Below are positions 1 to 10,872 of a DNA stretch of 19,910 nucleotides, in pieces. Position 1 is the stretch's first letter. Every line of letters starts with the position of its first letter. The position numbers and the translations under genes are program-made. The stretch comes from an uncultured Gemmatimonadota bacterium (GTDB lineage Bacteria > SM23-81). The stretch lies in the NCBI GenBank assembly GCA_964584035.1, contig CAZOYL010000036.1, forward strand, positions 1 to 19,910, in the 5' to 3' direction. The notes under the pieces were generated by a model that worked only from the letters and a program-made list of their open reading frames with translations, searched no databases and was not told the DNA's origin.

Positions 1-630
1 GCCGGAGGCCAAACGGTAGCTGAGGGCCTCCAGCTCGATGGCGATGTTGACGTTCCGGATGACAACTCCGGGGGGCGCCTTCAGGCTCACCGGGGCGAAG
101 TTGAGGATCATTTTCAGGCCGGAACGGACCAGCAGGTCGACGACCGTCTGGGCGGCGTCTTTGGGAACGGCCACCATGGCCATATCGATGTGCAGCTCCC
201 GGACCACCCGGGGCAAGGCCCGGATATCCTGGATGGTCACATCCTTCCTCTTTTTGCCTATCTTATTGGCATCGTTGTCGAACGCGGCCACGATGTGGAA
301 GCCCTGCGTTTTGAACTCCCGGTAAGTGATCAGAGATACTCCCAGATAACCGGCCCCTACCAACGCCACGTTCCAGGTTCGATAGAGCCCCAGGATGCGG
401 GAAATAACCCCCTTGAGCTCGCTAACGGAGTATCCCTGCCCGCGGGTGCCGAACTGTCCGAAACAGGACAGGTCCTTTCTCACCTGCGCCGGGGTGATGC
501 CGTCTCGGCGGGCCAGCTCTTTGGAGGAGACCATCTTGAGTCCCTGTGTCTCCAGATGAACCAGCGAGCGGTAGTACCGGGACAGCCGGGCCACGGTGGC
601 GTCGGAAGCTTTTTTAATCTTCATCTCCAT
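1..630 (-). CDS. rex: Redox-sensing transcriptional repressor Rex (3' end runs off the window)
   Basis: Not in the ORF track because the stop lies outside the window. Manual translation from ATG at 630 (alternative ATG at 624): MEMKIKKASDATVARLSRYYRSL...SSKELARRDGITPAQVRKDLSCFGQFGTRGQGYSV (Rex winged helix)...NVALVGAGYLG...FHIVAAFDND...AVPKDAAQ...ILNFAP (Rex Rossmann domain). 210 codons open to position 1. Confidence 0.96.
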   Translation of the reverse strand, partial: MEMKIKKASDATVARLSRYYRSLVHLETQGLKMVSSKELARRDGITPAQVRKDLSCFGQFGTRGQGYSVSELKGVISRILGLYRTWNVALVGAGYLGVSLITYREFKTQGFHIVAAFDNDANKIGKKRKDVTIQDIRALPRVVRELHIDMAMVAVPKDAAQTVVDLLVRSGLKMILNFAPVSLKAPPGVVIRNVNIAIELEALSYRLASG

Positions 631-651
631 AATTAGCAACACATTACGGGC

Positions 652-669
652 TTGTGAACAGTTTCACAA
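652..669. promoter_or_regulatory. Rex operator (autoregulation of rex)
   Basis: TTGTGAA-CAGT-TTCACAA, an exact match to the Rex consensus TTGTGAANNNNTTCACAA, located between the predicted -10 and the rex start codon. Confidence 0.92.
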
Positions 670-678
670 TACCCCAGA

Positions 679-707
679 AATATACGATCAGAGTGGCCGA
701 TTGTCAA
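679..707 (-). promoter_or_regulatory. sigma70-type promoter of rex
   Basis: Minus strand: TTGACA (707-702), 17 nt, TATATT (684-679). Confidence 0.75.
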
Positions 708-726
708 GAGATTTTTAGGGGAGGTT

Positions 727-1245
727 TCAGAACAGGCGGACCAGGATGATGACCACCATGGCGATGGCGCAGGAGAGGTTGACGGTCATGCCCAGGAGGC
801 GTCCCACGAAGGCGCCGTAGCCGGCCCTGGCGGCCCGGGCCTGATCGTCACGATGGATCATCTCCAGGGTGAAAGCGCCCAGGAAAGCTCCGGCCAGCGC
901 TCCCAGGACGGTACCCACCACCGGGAACAGGGCCGATCCCCAGGCGGCGCCCAGGATGCCGCCGATCAGGGTGCCCAGGACGCCCCACCGGGAGGCGCCG
1001 AATTTGAGCGTGGTGAAGGTCCCCAGAAGAAACTCGAACAGCTCGGAGAGCACGGTCAGGCCCAGCAGGATCAGCAGAACCGGCCAGGTGATGGAGCCCC
1101 GAAATCCGGTGGCCAGGCCGTAGACCAGAACATCGCCGAAGATGACAAACGTCCCCGGGAAGCCAAAGGGAATGGCCGCGATCCCGAGGACGAGGACAAG
1201 CAGGAAGATGATCAGTCCGGTGACCTGTAGAAGACCCTCGAACAT
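727..1245 (-). CDS. DUF456-family membrane protein
   Basis: 172-aa hydrophobic, Gly-rich protein with PFGFPGT, KFGASRWGVLGTLIGGILG and GTVLGALAGAFLGAFTLE motifs typical of DUF456; 9 nt downstream of secF. Confidence 0.8.
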   Translation of the reverse strand: MFEGLLQVTGLIIFLLVLVLGIAAIPFGFPGTFVIFGDVLVYGLATGFRGSITWPVLLILLGLTVLSELFEFLLGTFTTLKFGASRWGVLGTLIGGILGAAWGSALFPVVGTVLGALAGAFLGAFTLEMIHRDDQARAARAGYGAFVGRLLGMTVNLSCAIAMVVIILVRLF

Positions 1246-1254
1246 GTCAAAAGC

Positions 1255-2154
1255 TTATTTTTTCCTGGCCAGCAGCCGGCTGTGCCATTCCAAAAGAATC
1301 GGGCTGGCCACGAAGATGGAGGAATAGGTACCTACGATGACGCCGACCATCAGGGCGAAGGCGAAGTCCCTGATGACCTCGCCGCCCAGGGCGAACAGGC
1401 AGATGACCACCACCAGGGTGGTCAGGGAGGTGATGATCGTCCGGCTAAGGGTCTGATTGATGCTGGCGTTGATGATGTCGCCGTAGTTCTTCCCCCTCAT
1501 GCTGGCCAGATCCTCCCGGATGCGGTCGAAGACCACGATGGTGTCGTTCAGCGAATAGCCCACGATGGTCAGCAGCGCGGCCACGATGACCAGGGAGATC
1601 TCCTTGTTCATTATGGAGAAGATGCCCAGGGTGATGAGCACATCGTGAAACAGGGCTGCGATGGCGCCAACGGCGAACTTGAACTCGAACCGCCAGGAGA
1701 TGTAGATGAGGATCCCCAGCATGGCATAGAGAATGGCCCAGACCGCCTTGCCGCGAAGCTCCTGGCCGATCTTGGGACCCACCTTTTCCTCGCGGCGGAC
1801 CTCGAAGGCGTTGTCGGGAAAATCTCTGGCAAAGGCCTCCTTGATCTGATCGCCGACCGTGGTGCCCATCTCCTGTCTCTTCACCCGAATGAGGAATTCC
1901 CGGCCCTGGGCGAACTTCTGGATCTCGGCGTCTCCCCAGCCGATCTTGTCCAGGGACTCGCGAATCTGCTGGACGGAAAGGTCCTGTTCGAACTGGATCT
2001 GCAGGAGCGTGCCGCCGGCGAAGTCGATGCTCAGCGAGGGACCCCCGTGGGCGATCAGGGAGATCAGTCCGATGCCGATCAGGCAGGCTGAGATGATGAA
2101 GGCAAACTTGCGTTTGGCCACGAAATCGATCTGTGTGTTGGTCAGGATTTGCAC
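1255..2154 (-). CDS. secF: Protein translocase subunit SecF
   Basis: IDFAGGT, VGPKIGQEL, ALFHDVLIT, GYSLNDTIVVFDRIRE, QTLSRTIITSLTT, GTYSSIFVASP; GTG start; immediately downstream of secD. Confidence 0.97.
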   Translation of the reverse strand: MQILTNTQIDFVAKRKFAFIISACLIGIGLISLIAHGGPSLSIDFAGGTLLQIQFEQDLSVQQIRESLDKIGWGDAEIQKFAQGREFLIRVKRQEMGTTVGDQIKEAFARDFPDNAFEVRREEKVGPKIGQELRGKAVWAILYAMLGILIYISWRFEFKFAVGAIAALFHDVLITLGIFSIMNKEISLVIVAALLTIVGYSLNDTIVVFDRIREDLASMRGKNYGDIINASINQTLSRTIITSLTTLVVVICLFALGGEVIRDFAFALMVGVIVGTYSSIFVASPILLEWHSRLLARKK

Positions 2155-2226
2155 GATCTCTCACCTGTTGGAAGAATTTGAGATGCGAATTGCTTCGATG
2201 ACGTCACGAAATGATGCTCTCGAATG

Positions 2227-3924
<1,698 letters not shown>

Positions 3925-4035
3925 AAGCAGACCTCGTTTAGCCTCTTCAATCCAACAGCCCCCGGGGCTTGAATGTCTCGCGGACAGGGCTTTCCGGGAG
4001 CCAACGATGATCCTGGCCTCATGGCACGAATGCTC

Positions 4036-4064
4036 AATATAATCAGGCCTTTCTGGCAAGTCAA
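4036..4064 (-). promoter_or_regulatory. sigma70-type promoter upstream of secD-secF
   Basis: Minus strand: TTGACT (4064-4059), 17 nt, TATATT (4041-4036), in an AT-rich gap. Confidence 0.6.
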
Positions 4065-4078
4065 TATAATTCTGGTTC

Positions 4079-4798
4079 TCAGCCGCCGCGGATGATCTCG
4101 AGCATCTCCCGGACGGCCCGCTCCATGCCGGTCATGACGGCCCGGGCGACGATGGTGTGCCCGATATTGAGCTCCTCGATCTGGGGAATTTCGGCGATGG
4201 GGCGGACGTTCTGATAGGTCAGGCCGTGTCCGGCGGCTACCCCGAAGCCCAGCCGGGCGGCGATGCCGCAGGCGTGGCGGATCTTCTCCAGCTCATCCGA
4301 CTCCCCCTGTGCATCCTTAGCCTCGGCGTACAGCCCGGTGTGAATTTCCACGTAATCGGCCCCCAGCCGGGCGGCGGCCTTGATCTGCTCTACGTCGGGG
4401 TCGATGAACAGGCTCACCAGGATGCCGCCGTTGCGCAGTGCCGGGATCACCTCCGAGAAGCGGTCGAAGTTCCCCTGGGCGTCCAGGCCGCCCTCGGTGG
4501 TCACTTCTTCCCGTTTCTCCGGCACCAGAGTGACCATGTCCGGGCCGGTCTTCAGGGCGATGGCGACCATCTCGTCGCTGGCCGCCATCTCCAGGTTCAG
4601 GTGGGTGCGAACCACCTGGCGCAGCAATTTCAGGTCGCGATCCTGGATATGCCGGCGGTCCTCCCGCAGGTGGCAGACGATGCCGTCGGCGCCGGCCAGC
4701 TCGGCCGCCAGGGACGCGGCCACCGGGTCCGGCTCGTTCGTCTTTCTGGCCTCCCTGACGGTGGCCACGTGATCCACGTTGAGGCCCAACTTGACCAT
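4079..4798 (-). CDS. pdxJ: Pyridoxine 5'-phosphate synthase
   Basis: [84 protein letters not shown]. Start ATG at 4798 with GAGGGGG upstream. Confidence 0.97.
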   Translation of the reverse strand: MVKLGLNVDHVATVREARKTNEPDPVAASLAAELAGADGIVCHLREDRRHIQDRDLKLLRQVVRTHLNLEMAASDEMVAIALKTGPDMVTLVPEKREEVTTEGGLDAQGNFDRFSEVIPALRNGGILVSLFIDPDVEQIKAAARLGADYVEIHTGLYAEAKDAQGESDELEKIRHACGIAARLGFGVAAGHGLTYQNVRPIAEIPQIEELNIGHTIVARAVMTGMERAVREMLEIIRGG

Positions 4799-4814
4799 CT
4801 TTGCACCCCCTCTT

Positions 4815-6161
4815 TCACTCCTGTTCCCGGCGCAGGGCCAGAATCCGCGAGACGCGGCAAAATCGTATACCATCCTTTTCCAGCCGGGGGATCATCTCCT
4901 TGAGCACCCCCAGGGTGTTGGCCTTGACATGGCCGATGCCGACGGCCGTGCCTTCCTGGAGAGCTTGATCGGCCAGTTTCTGCAGCTGCACCTTGATCTC
5001 GGCGCCCTCGTCCTGATAGTCCAGAAAGCTCTCGGATTTGATACAGGTGACGCCGATCTCCTCGGCCACCTCGCAGACCACCGAGGCGGAGCTGGTCCGG
5101 CTGTCCACGAAGAACAAGCCGGCCGACTTGATCTCCTCCAGGACGGCCCGCATCACCTTTTTATCCTCCGTGGCCAGCGAGCCCATGTGGTTGTTGACCC
5201 CGACAGCCTCGGGGATCTCGTTCAGGGCCCAGCGAACCCGGCGGCGGATCTCATCTCCGTCCAGGTCCACCAGGATGGTGTTCTCCTCGCCGGTCTGACC
5301 GTCCCTGGGCTGCATCGGCAGGTGGACGAAGACCTCGTGTCCGGCCCCCCGGGCCTTTTGGGCCATGCGGCCGGACGACGGGTGTCCCGGAATGACGGCT
5401 GCCGTCAGGGTGATGGGCAGCTCCAGGATGTCCTCGGCTGCCTGGTTGTCGATGGCCCCGAAATCGTCGATGATCAGGGCCAGGCGGCCCCGGGTGGGCG
5501 CGATGGTGCGGTCGGAGAGCAGCTCCAGCCGGTGGGTGATGACATCATCCAGACCGATCTCCAGGGTCAGGCGGCCGCCCCCGGGGGACTGTTCGCCGGA
5601 AAGCACCTGGCCGCCGGCGGACTGCACGGCCCGGGTGATGGCCAGATTTCCGTGCAGCAGCGAGATCTGGTCGGTCACCCGGACGGTCAGGCGGCGAAAC
5701 CGCCACCGCCGGTTCTCATCTTCGTGGTCCTCTTCGGCCTGGAGGATGAAGATCGGCGAGGCGCCAAGGTCGTCCAGGGCCAGCCGAATGGCCTCGTCCA
5801 ACCGGTCGCAGCGCCCGGTCAGGTCCTCGACCGGCTGGGCCCGCTGGAACAGGCCGGTCAGAACACCGCGCTGCCAGACCTGATGGAGGCTGACGGCGAC
5901 CGCCAGGACGACGATAGCAATGAGCGCCCAGCGGAGAAATTTTCGCCAGAATCCCGGCGGCAGGCCTCTTTTGAGGCGTTCTCCCCGCGGTCGAGCTTCT
6001 GCCGGCCGGATTCTTTTCGAGCGGATTCTTTTTGAACGGTGGCTCAGCGAGGCGGGCTTTACCGCCGGGCGTCTCTGAAACAGGCGCCGGAGCCAGGACG
6101 TCCTGCGACGCATGCTCCGGGGGCGGCGGAATCTGGAGGAACCGGATGTGTCCGTGGCCAT
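4815..6161 (-). CDS. Divergent polysaccharide deacetylase family protein (YibQ/Polysacc_deac_2-like), membrane anchored
   Basis: [45 protein letters not shown] motifs; one TM helix after an Arg-rich N-terminus. Start placed at ATG 6161 (AAGGA upstream); the start is uncertain. Confidence 0.88.
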   Translation of the reverse strand: MATDTSGSSRFRRPRSMRRRTSWLRRLFQRRPAVKPASLSHRSKRIRSKRIRPAEARPRGERLKRGLPPGFWRKFLRWALIAIVVLAVAVSLHQVWQRGVLTGLFQRAQPVEDLTGRCDRLDEAIRLALDDLGASPIFILQAEEDHEDENRRWRFRRLTVRVTDQISLLHGNLAITRAVQSAGGQVLSGEQSPGGGRLTLEIGLDDVITHRLELLSDRTIAPTRGRLALIIDDFGAIDNQAAEDILELPITLTAAVIPGHPSSGRMAQKARGAGHEVFVHLPMQPRDGQTGEENTILVDLDGDEIRRRVRWALNEIPEAVGVNNHMGSLATEDKKVMRAVLEEIKSAGLFFVDSRTSSASVVCEVAEEIGVTCIKSESFLDYQDEGAEIKVQLQKLADQALQEGTAVGIGHVKANTLGVLKEMIPRLEKDGIRFCRVSRILALRREQE

Positions 6162-6262
6162 GGAGTTCCTTGCCGGCCGGACCGGCCGGGAAAAAACGGG
6201 CATAAAAAAGGAGATGCAGAGCACCTGCTATCTCCGCCCGGGTTTCTGATAACGGTTTATGA

Positions 6263-6829
6263 TCAAGGCCCTTCCGGGGGCATTGACTCGTCCTTATTCT
6301 CGATGATGACCCAGTAGTCCGGGCTTTCCTCGATGAACTTGTACTGCTGCGAACCGCTGGCCGTCTGGGCCCCGGCGCCGTCGAACACGGTCACGTGAAA
6401 GTAGGCCTCCACGCTCTGCACCCCTTTGCCCTCGGGCCCGTCCTCGTCGTAGCCGGTATAGCGCAGGGTGCCGAACTTCCACTGGATCTCGACCTCCTGC
6501 TGCCCGAACATATTGCCGATGATGGCCAGCTCGTCGTCATAGCCGTAAAGGGAGTTGATGTCGGTGGCCGGCAGGTTGGGATCGATGAACTGGAAGTCGC
6601 GGGACAGGCAGCGCCGGTAGACCTCCAGGTCCTTGTGGTTGAGGGCCGACTCCAGGTTGAACAGGACGCTGTCCGGATGGGTCTGGGGTTTGGTCGGGGT
6701 CAGGGCCGTGTTCTCCGGCTCGCGCTGCTCCGGGGCGAAGATGTTGCTGCAGGCGGCCGACAACATCAGGCCCGTCAGAAGGATGGCCGCAGCGGCGTAA
6801 GATTCTATTTGGAAACGAGTTTTTCTCAA
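6263..6829 (-). CDS. Hypothetical lipoprotein (possibly NTF2/SnoaL-like fold)
   Basis: TTG start with GAGGAG RBS; lipoprotein signal ending LMLSAA-C; the pattern PDSVLFNLESALNHKDLEVYRRCLSRDFQF...WVIIE resembles NTF2-like lipoproteins (fold is inference). Confidence 0.75.
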   Translation of the reverse strand: MRKTRFQIESYAAAAILLTGLMLSAACSNIFAPEQREPENTALTPTKPQTHPDSVLFNLESALNHKDLEVYRRCLSRDFQFIDPNLPATDINSLYGYDDELAIIGNMFGQQEVEIQWKFGTLRYTGYDEDGPEGKGVQSVEAYFHVTVFDGAGAQTASGSQQYKFIEESPDYWVIIENKDESMPPEGP

Positions 6830-6935
6830 TCGATCTCCTCGGCAGACTCTGGAAAATAAATACCATCAAATGGGCGGAAAGTCAAGGGAAAATCGAGGGT
6901 CTCATTCGTTAAACGTGTTCGTTGGACGTGTTCGT

Positions 6936-6981
6936 GGAAAAGCGGGATCAGGGAAAAAGCGGGATCAGGGAAAAACCGGGA
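6936..6981. repeat. Short tandem repeat, about 2.8 copies of a 16-17 nt unit
   Basis: GGAAAAGCGGGATCAG / GGAAAAAGCGGGATCAG / GGAAAAACCGGGA in the divergent intergenic region. Confidence 0.8.
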
Positions 6982-7021
6982 CCCGAGATCCGAGAGCCAA
7001 ATCCCGTCTTCAAAAAAACGC

Positions 7022-7050
7022 TTGACTTTGAATTCCATCGACCCCACAAT
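7022..7050 (+). promoter_or_regulatory. sigma70-type promoter (possible leaderless transcript)
   Basis: TTGACT (7022-7027), 17 nt, CACAAT (7045-7050); ATG follows at 7057 with no Shine-Dalgarno. Confidence 0.55.
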
Positions 7051-7056
7051 GAAGAT

Positions 7057-8316
7057 ATGAACCACCGCTCATACATCGTAACTATCGCCCTCCTGGCCCT
7101 CGGGCTCGTTCTGGGTACGACCCTGCCCGGCCACCCGGCCGAATACCCCTGGCGCTTCCTGCACATCACCGACTCGCACCTGTACATTCAGAAGGGCCTG
7201 GAGGACCGGCCGATGGAGAGTCCCGCCCTGCGCAACTGGCTGTCGATCTTAGGGCAGATCGAGGCCTTGGAGCCCCCGCCCCGGTTCGTGCTGTGCACCG
7301 GCGACCTGGTCAACGTCAGCGCCGGGGAAGCCGGGGTGGCCAACTTCGAGGCCCTGCTGGCCACCCTGTGGGGCGACCAGGAAGCCCAGGAGTACTATGT
7401 CGATGAGGCCCGGACCATCCCGATCTACTTCTGTCCGGGGAACCATGATGCCAAGAACGCCCAGATGCTCAACGACACTTTCGACAACTATTACCGCCTG
7501 ATCAAGCAGGAGAGCTACTACACCGTGGCCGGCGACGATTACGTCGTCTTCTCGCTGAACAGCGGTAAGGACGAGTTCAACGACGCCGACTGGCTGCTGC
7601 CCGAGGGGGACGGACTGTACGAGGAGGATGTGGCCGTCTTTGTGGCGGATGCCGCTGCGGTGAGCGACAGCCTCTGCACCATCGTCATGGTCCATCATCC
7701 CTGGGTCAATCCCGAGGCCGACTTCATCGGCGGCTCCTGGAACTTCTGGGTGGACGGCTCCTTCATGCACTTCCGGGATGAATTCATCGGAGCCTGCCGA
7801 GATCACGGCCTGGATGTGGTCCTGTCGGGGCACCACGACCTGGGCGTGCCGTTCTTCAACGACGGTATCTGGAATGAGGACGGGGGCGCCTGGGAGGAGG
7901 GTGACGGAACCGTCTTCGTGCTGACCAACGGCATTCAGCGGCTCAACGCCTACCGCCGGGTCGTCGTGCCGGCGCCGGGGCAGGTGGCGGTCGGACCGGT
8001 GGAATATTTCGACGGCCCGGAGACCGGGCAGATTCCGCTGCATTTCGAGCTTTTGCAGAACTATCCCAATCCCTTCAACGATATGACGACCATCGAGGTC
8101 GGCCTGCCCTACGGCAGATGGGTCCGGGTGGAGATCTATAACCTGCTGGGCCAGCGGGTGCGCACCCTGCTCGATGGGCGCCTGGAGCGGGGACGCCGCG
8201 CTATCGGTTGGAATGGCCGAAATGACGCCGGAGGCCTGGCAGCCTCGGGGATCTATTTTTGCCGCCTGACGGCCGGGGATGCGGCCGTGACCCGGAAGAT
8301 GGTGTTGTTGAGATAA
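7057..8316 (+). CDS. Secreted calcineurin-like metallophosphoesterase with T9SS type-A/FlgD-Ig-like C-terminal domain
   Basis: Signal peptide from MNHRSYIVTIALLALGL; motifs HITDSH, TGDLV, PGNHD, HHP, SGHH; C-terminal QNYPNPFN...IYNLLGQRVRTL...SGIYFCRL...KMVLLR. The ORF-track extension upstream of 7057 crosses the repeat and promoter and is probably not translated. Confidence 0.88.
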   Translation: MNHRSYIVTIALLALGLVLGTTLPGHPAEYPWRFLHITDSHLYIQKGLEDRPMESPALRNWLSILGQIEALEPPPRFVLCTGDLVNVSAGEAGVANFEALLATLWGDQEAQEYYVDEARTIPIYFCPGNHDAKNAQMLNDTFDNYYRLIKQESYYTVAGDDYVVFSLNSGKDEFNDADWLLPEGDGLYEEDVAVFVADAAAVSDSLCTIVMVHHPWVNPEADFIGGSWNFWVDGSFMHFRDEFIGACRDHGLDVVLSGHHDLGVPFFNDGIWNEDGGAWEEGDGTVFVLTNGIQRLNAYRRVVVPAPGQVAVGPVEYFDGPETGQIPLHFELLQNYPNPFNDMTTIEVGLPYGRWVRVEIYNLLGQRVRTLLDGRLERGRRAIGWNGRNDAGGLAASGIYFCRLTAGDAAVTRKMVLLR

Positions 8317-8493
8317 GGGCGGGAAATCGGCAGTGAGCAGTCGGCAGACAGAGGAAAACGGAGTAAGCACCGCGGAGGCTCACCAGGAGCGGCAGGGAAC
8401 GGGTCAATTTGATGTTTGCAAGTTGCTTTTTGCAAGGATGAATACATGCCTGATCAGCAAGCTTTATTATTAATGCCTGTCTAAATTCTCCCC

Positions 8494-8522
8494 TTGACAA
8501 ATTCTCACATTTCTGGTAAGAT
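8494..8522 (+). promoter_or_regulatory. sigma70-type promoter with extended -10
   Basis: TTGACA (8494-8499), 17 nt, TGg-TAAGAT (8517-8522). Confidence 0.75.
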
Positions 8523-8611
8523 GAAAGAAAGGCCCAAAAGTTGCTTGAGCCTTTCTTTTTTAAATCCCCTATCGATTGGCGATCGTCTTGAACATAGATG
8601 GAGGAGTCTAC

Positions 8612-10396
8612 ATGAGCGCGCGGACCAAGATCGCGGTGACCCTGTTTTTCACCCTGCTGACCCTCAGCCTGGGGCTGTTCCTGTTGACCGTGGAGGCTCG
8701 GGGAGAGCCGCAGCCGGAGGAGTTTCTGCCGAAATATATGACTCCGGCCGAGAGCCTGCGGGTGGACGAGATCGGTAAGTTCCACAAGGCCACTCCGCCG
8801 CCGGACGGCTGGGTGGAGACCCCCGGGGAATTCGAGGAACTGCGCGGGGTGTGGGTCACCTGGATCACCCCTTCCTATAATCAGGTCTTCGGCGAGATCG
8901 TCCGGGAGTCCGGCGAGGTGGCGAAAGTGTATATCATCGTCGCCAATTCCAGCGGAGAGACCGCGGTGAGAAATTACCTCAACACGAACAGTATCCCTCA
9001 GGACAGCGTGTACTTCTATTACTATCCGCGAAATTCCATCTGGGTCCGCGACTACGGCCCATGGTTCATGCGTCAGGAGGGCGACAGCGAGGGGATCGTG
9101 GACTTCATCTATAACCGGCCGCGGCCGCAGGATGACACCATTTCGGTACAAATTGGTGATGACTGGGGCCTGCCGGTATACGGCTCGCCCCTGGAGCACC
9201 CCGGGGGTAACTTCATGACCGACGGCTTGGGCACCGGCTTCGCCAGCGATCTGATCTACGATGAGAATCCCGGCTACTCAGCCGCCGAGATCGATTCGAT
9301 GATGTTAGCTTACAGCGGCCTGGACCAGTTCCTCGTGGTCCAGAAGATCAACATCGAGTACACCGGGCACATCGACCTGTGGACCAAGTGCCTTAACGAC
9401 ACCCTGATCATGGTCGGCGAATACGCCTCCGGCCATCCCAACTATGCCCTGCTCAACCAGCACGCTGAATATTTCAAGAGCCTGACCAACAGGGAGGGGC
9501 GACAGTACCGGGTGGTGCGCATGCCCATGCCCGATTCTGATGAGGATGCCCCGCCGTCCTACCTCAACTCCCTGATCGTCAACGGCAAGGTGCTGGTCCC
9601 CCTGTGGAACGAGGCCGAGGACGACACCGCCCTGATCATCTATCAGAACGCCATGCCGGGACACGAGATCGTCGGCATCAACTGTTCCTCCATGGCCAGC
9701 TCCGGGGGGGCCATTCACTGCATCACCATGCAGGCCCCGGCGGCCGAGTTCGTCCACATCAAGCACGCCGCCCTGGGGGACACCGAGGAGCTGGTCGATC
9801 CCTACCGCGTCCGGGCCCGGATTCTGACCTCCGGCGGCTTCGTGGCCGACTCGACCGCGGTTCGCTACCGGACCTCCGGCGGGCCGGCCTTCTCGGCCAC
9901 GCCCCTGTCGGCCGTCATCGACACACCCGGGGTGTACGAGGGCTTCATCCCGGCCCAGTCGGCCGGCGACACGGTGGAGTATTACCTGCAGTGCCTCAAC
10001 GCCGACGGCGTCCGGCGGACCTCGCCCTGGCATGCCCCGTCGCATCTGTACTCCTTCCGGGTGGGCTCGACGGCCCCCATGCCGGTGGCCGAGCTGTCTG
10101 TCGAATTGTCCGCTGACGATCTGTATCTGCACTGGTCGCCGGTGACCGTGGACGGCTACGGTAATCCCATCACGGTGGATCAATATTATGTTTACCGCGA
10201 CACCGTGGCCTCTTTCGAGCCCGGCTCGCAGCCCTTCGATTCGACCGTGGCCCTCTTCTACATGGACGACACTGGCGTGACCGGCGATGTCGGGAGGAAC
10301 TACTATTACGCGGTGACGGCCGTCTCCGGCACTAAAGAGTCGGCCCTGTCCGGCCTCTGCGGCGAGTTCGACCATCAGGCGGAGAACGGAGAATAG
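8612..10396 (+). CDS. Secreted agmatine deiminase / peptidylarginine deiminase (PPAD-like) with Ig-like and shared FN3-like C-terminal domains
   Basis: GGAGGAG RBS then ATG 8612; signal peptide; catalytic motifs WVRDYGP, GGNF, GHID, SYLNSL, GGAIHCIT (catalytic Cys). Confidence 0.92.
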   Translation: MSARTKIAVTLFFTLLTLSLGLFLLTVEARGEPQPEEFLPKYMTPAESLRVDEIGKFHKATPPPDGWVETPGEFEELRGVWVTWITPSYNQVFGEIVRESGEVAKVYIIVANSSGETAVRNYLNTNSIPQDSVYFYYYPRNSIWVRDYGPWFMRQEGDSEGIVDFIYNRPRPQDDTISVQIGDDWGLPVYGSPLEHPGGNFMTDGLGTGFASDLIYDENPGYSAAEIDSMMLAYSGLDQFLVVQKINIEYTGHIDLWTKCLNDTLIMVGEYASGHPNYALLNQHAEYFKSLTNREGRQYRVVRMPMPDSDEDAPPSYLNSLIVNGKVLVPLWNEAEDDTALIIYQNAMPGHEIVGINCSSMASSGGAIHCITMQAPAAEFVHIKHAALGDTEELVDPYRVRARILTSGGFVADSTAVRYRTSGGPAFSATPLSAVIDTPGVYEGFIPAQSAGDTVEYYLQCLNADGVRRTSPWHAPSHLYSFRVGSTAPMPVAELSVELSADDLYLHWSPVTVDGYGNPITVDQYYVYRDTVASFEPGSQPFDSTVALFYMDDTGVTGDVGRNYYYAVTAVSGTKESALSGLCGEFDHQAENGE

Positions 10397-10482
10397 GCCG
10401 CAACGGCCGTCGCCGGTGGAGCCGTCTTCCTGCCGCTGGAATGGCGGCGTCGAATAAAAATCCCCCTGGCATCACGATCCGG

Positions 10483-10517
10483 ATCCCCGGAGCGCAAGAC
10501 GCTCCGGGGATTTTTTT
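10483..10517 (+). terminator. Rho-independent terminator
   Basis: ATCCCCGGAGCG-CAAGA-CGCTCCGGGGAT followed by a T-run, downstream of the deiminase gene. Confidence 0.85.
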
Positions 10518-10689
10518 GTTTCCCTGTCGACCGCGGTGTCCGCTCAGGTACGATCCTGTACTATCTGGTTCGTTCTTGAACACGGAAAGGGGCGGCGGCC
10601 GCCCGGCCAAATAGTTTACTAAATCGGTATGCTACTGTCTCAAACGGAGTAAGAAGCACGGTCGGGCGAGCCATTTGATCCTCCGGGAG

Positions 10690-10706
10690 TTGGCACGGAA
10701 GTTGTA
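10690..10706 (+). promoter_or_regulatory. Possible sigma54 (-24/-12) promoter
   Basis: TTGGCACGGAAGTTGTA versus consensus YTGGCACG-N4-TTGCW; the -12 GC is GT. Confidence 0.35.
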
Positions 10707-10872
10707 CCCTTAGGTTATATCTGCGCGGCGTCTTTAGGTTTGCGCGGAAAAAAGTCTGGCATTCCCGCTAAAATCAGAAACCTGTCACAGGCCAGTCGAA
10801 GGGTGGTGATCGAGGCCGGCAGAGAAGAGTTTTCCCGTCATTCGATGTCAACGTCCATTTCGGAGGTGATTC

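Noticed and set aside
6857..6885. Minus-strand promoter for the lipoprotein (TTGACT-17-TATTTA)
   Set aside because: The -10 lacks the conserved final T; plausible but too weak to list.
8327..8354. Heptamer-like repeats TCGGCAG/TGAGCAG/TCGGCAG/ACAGAGG
   Set aside because: Too short and degenerate to call a repeat element.
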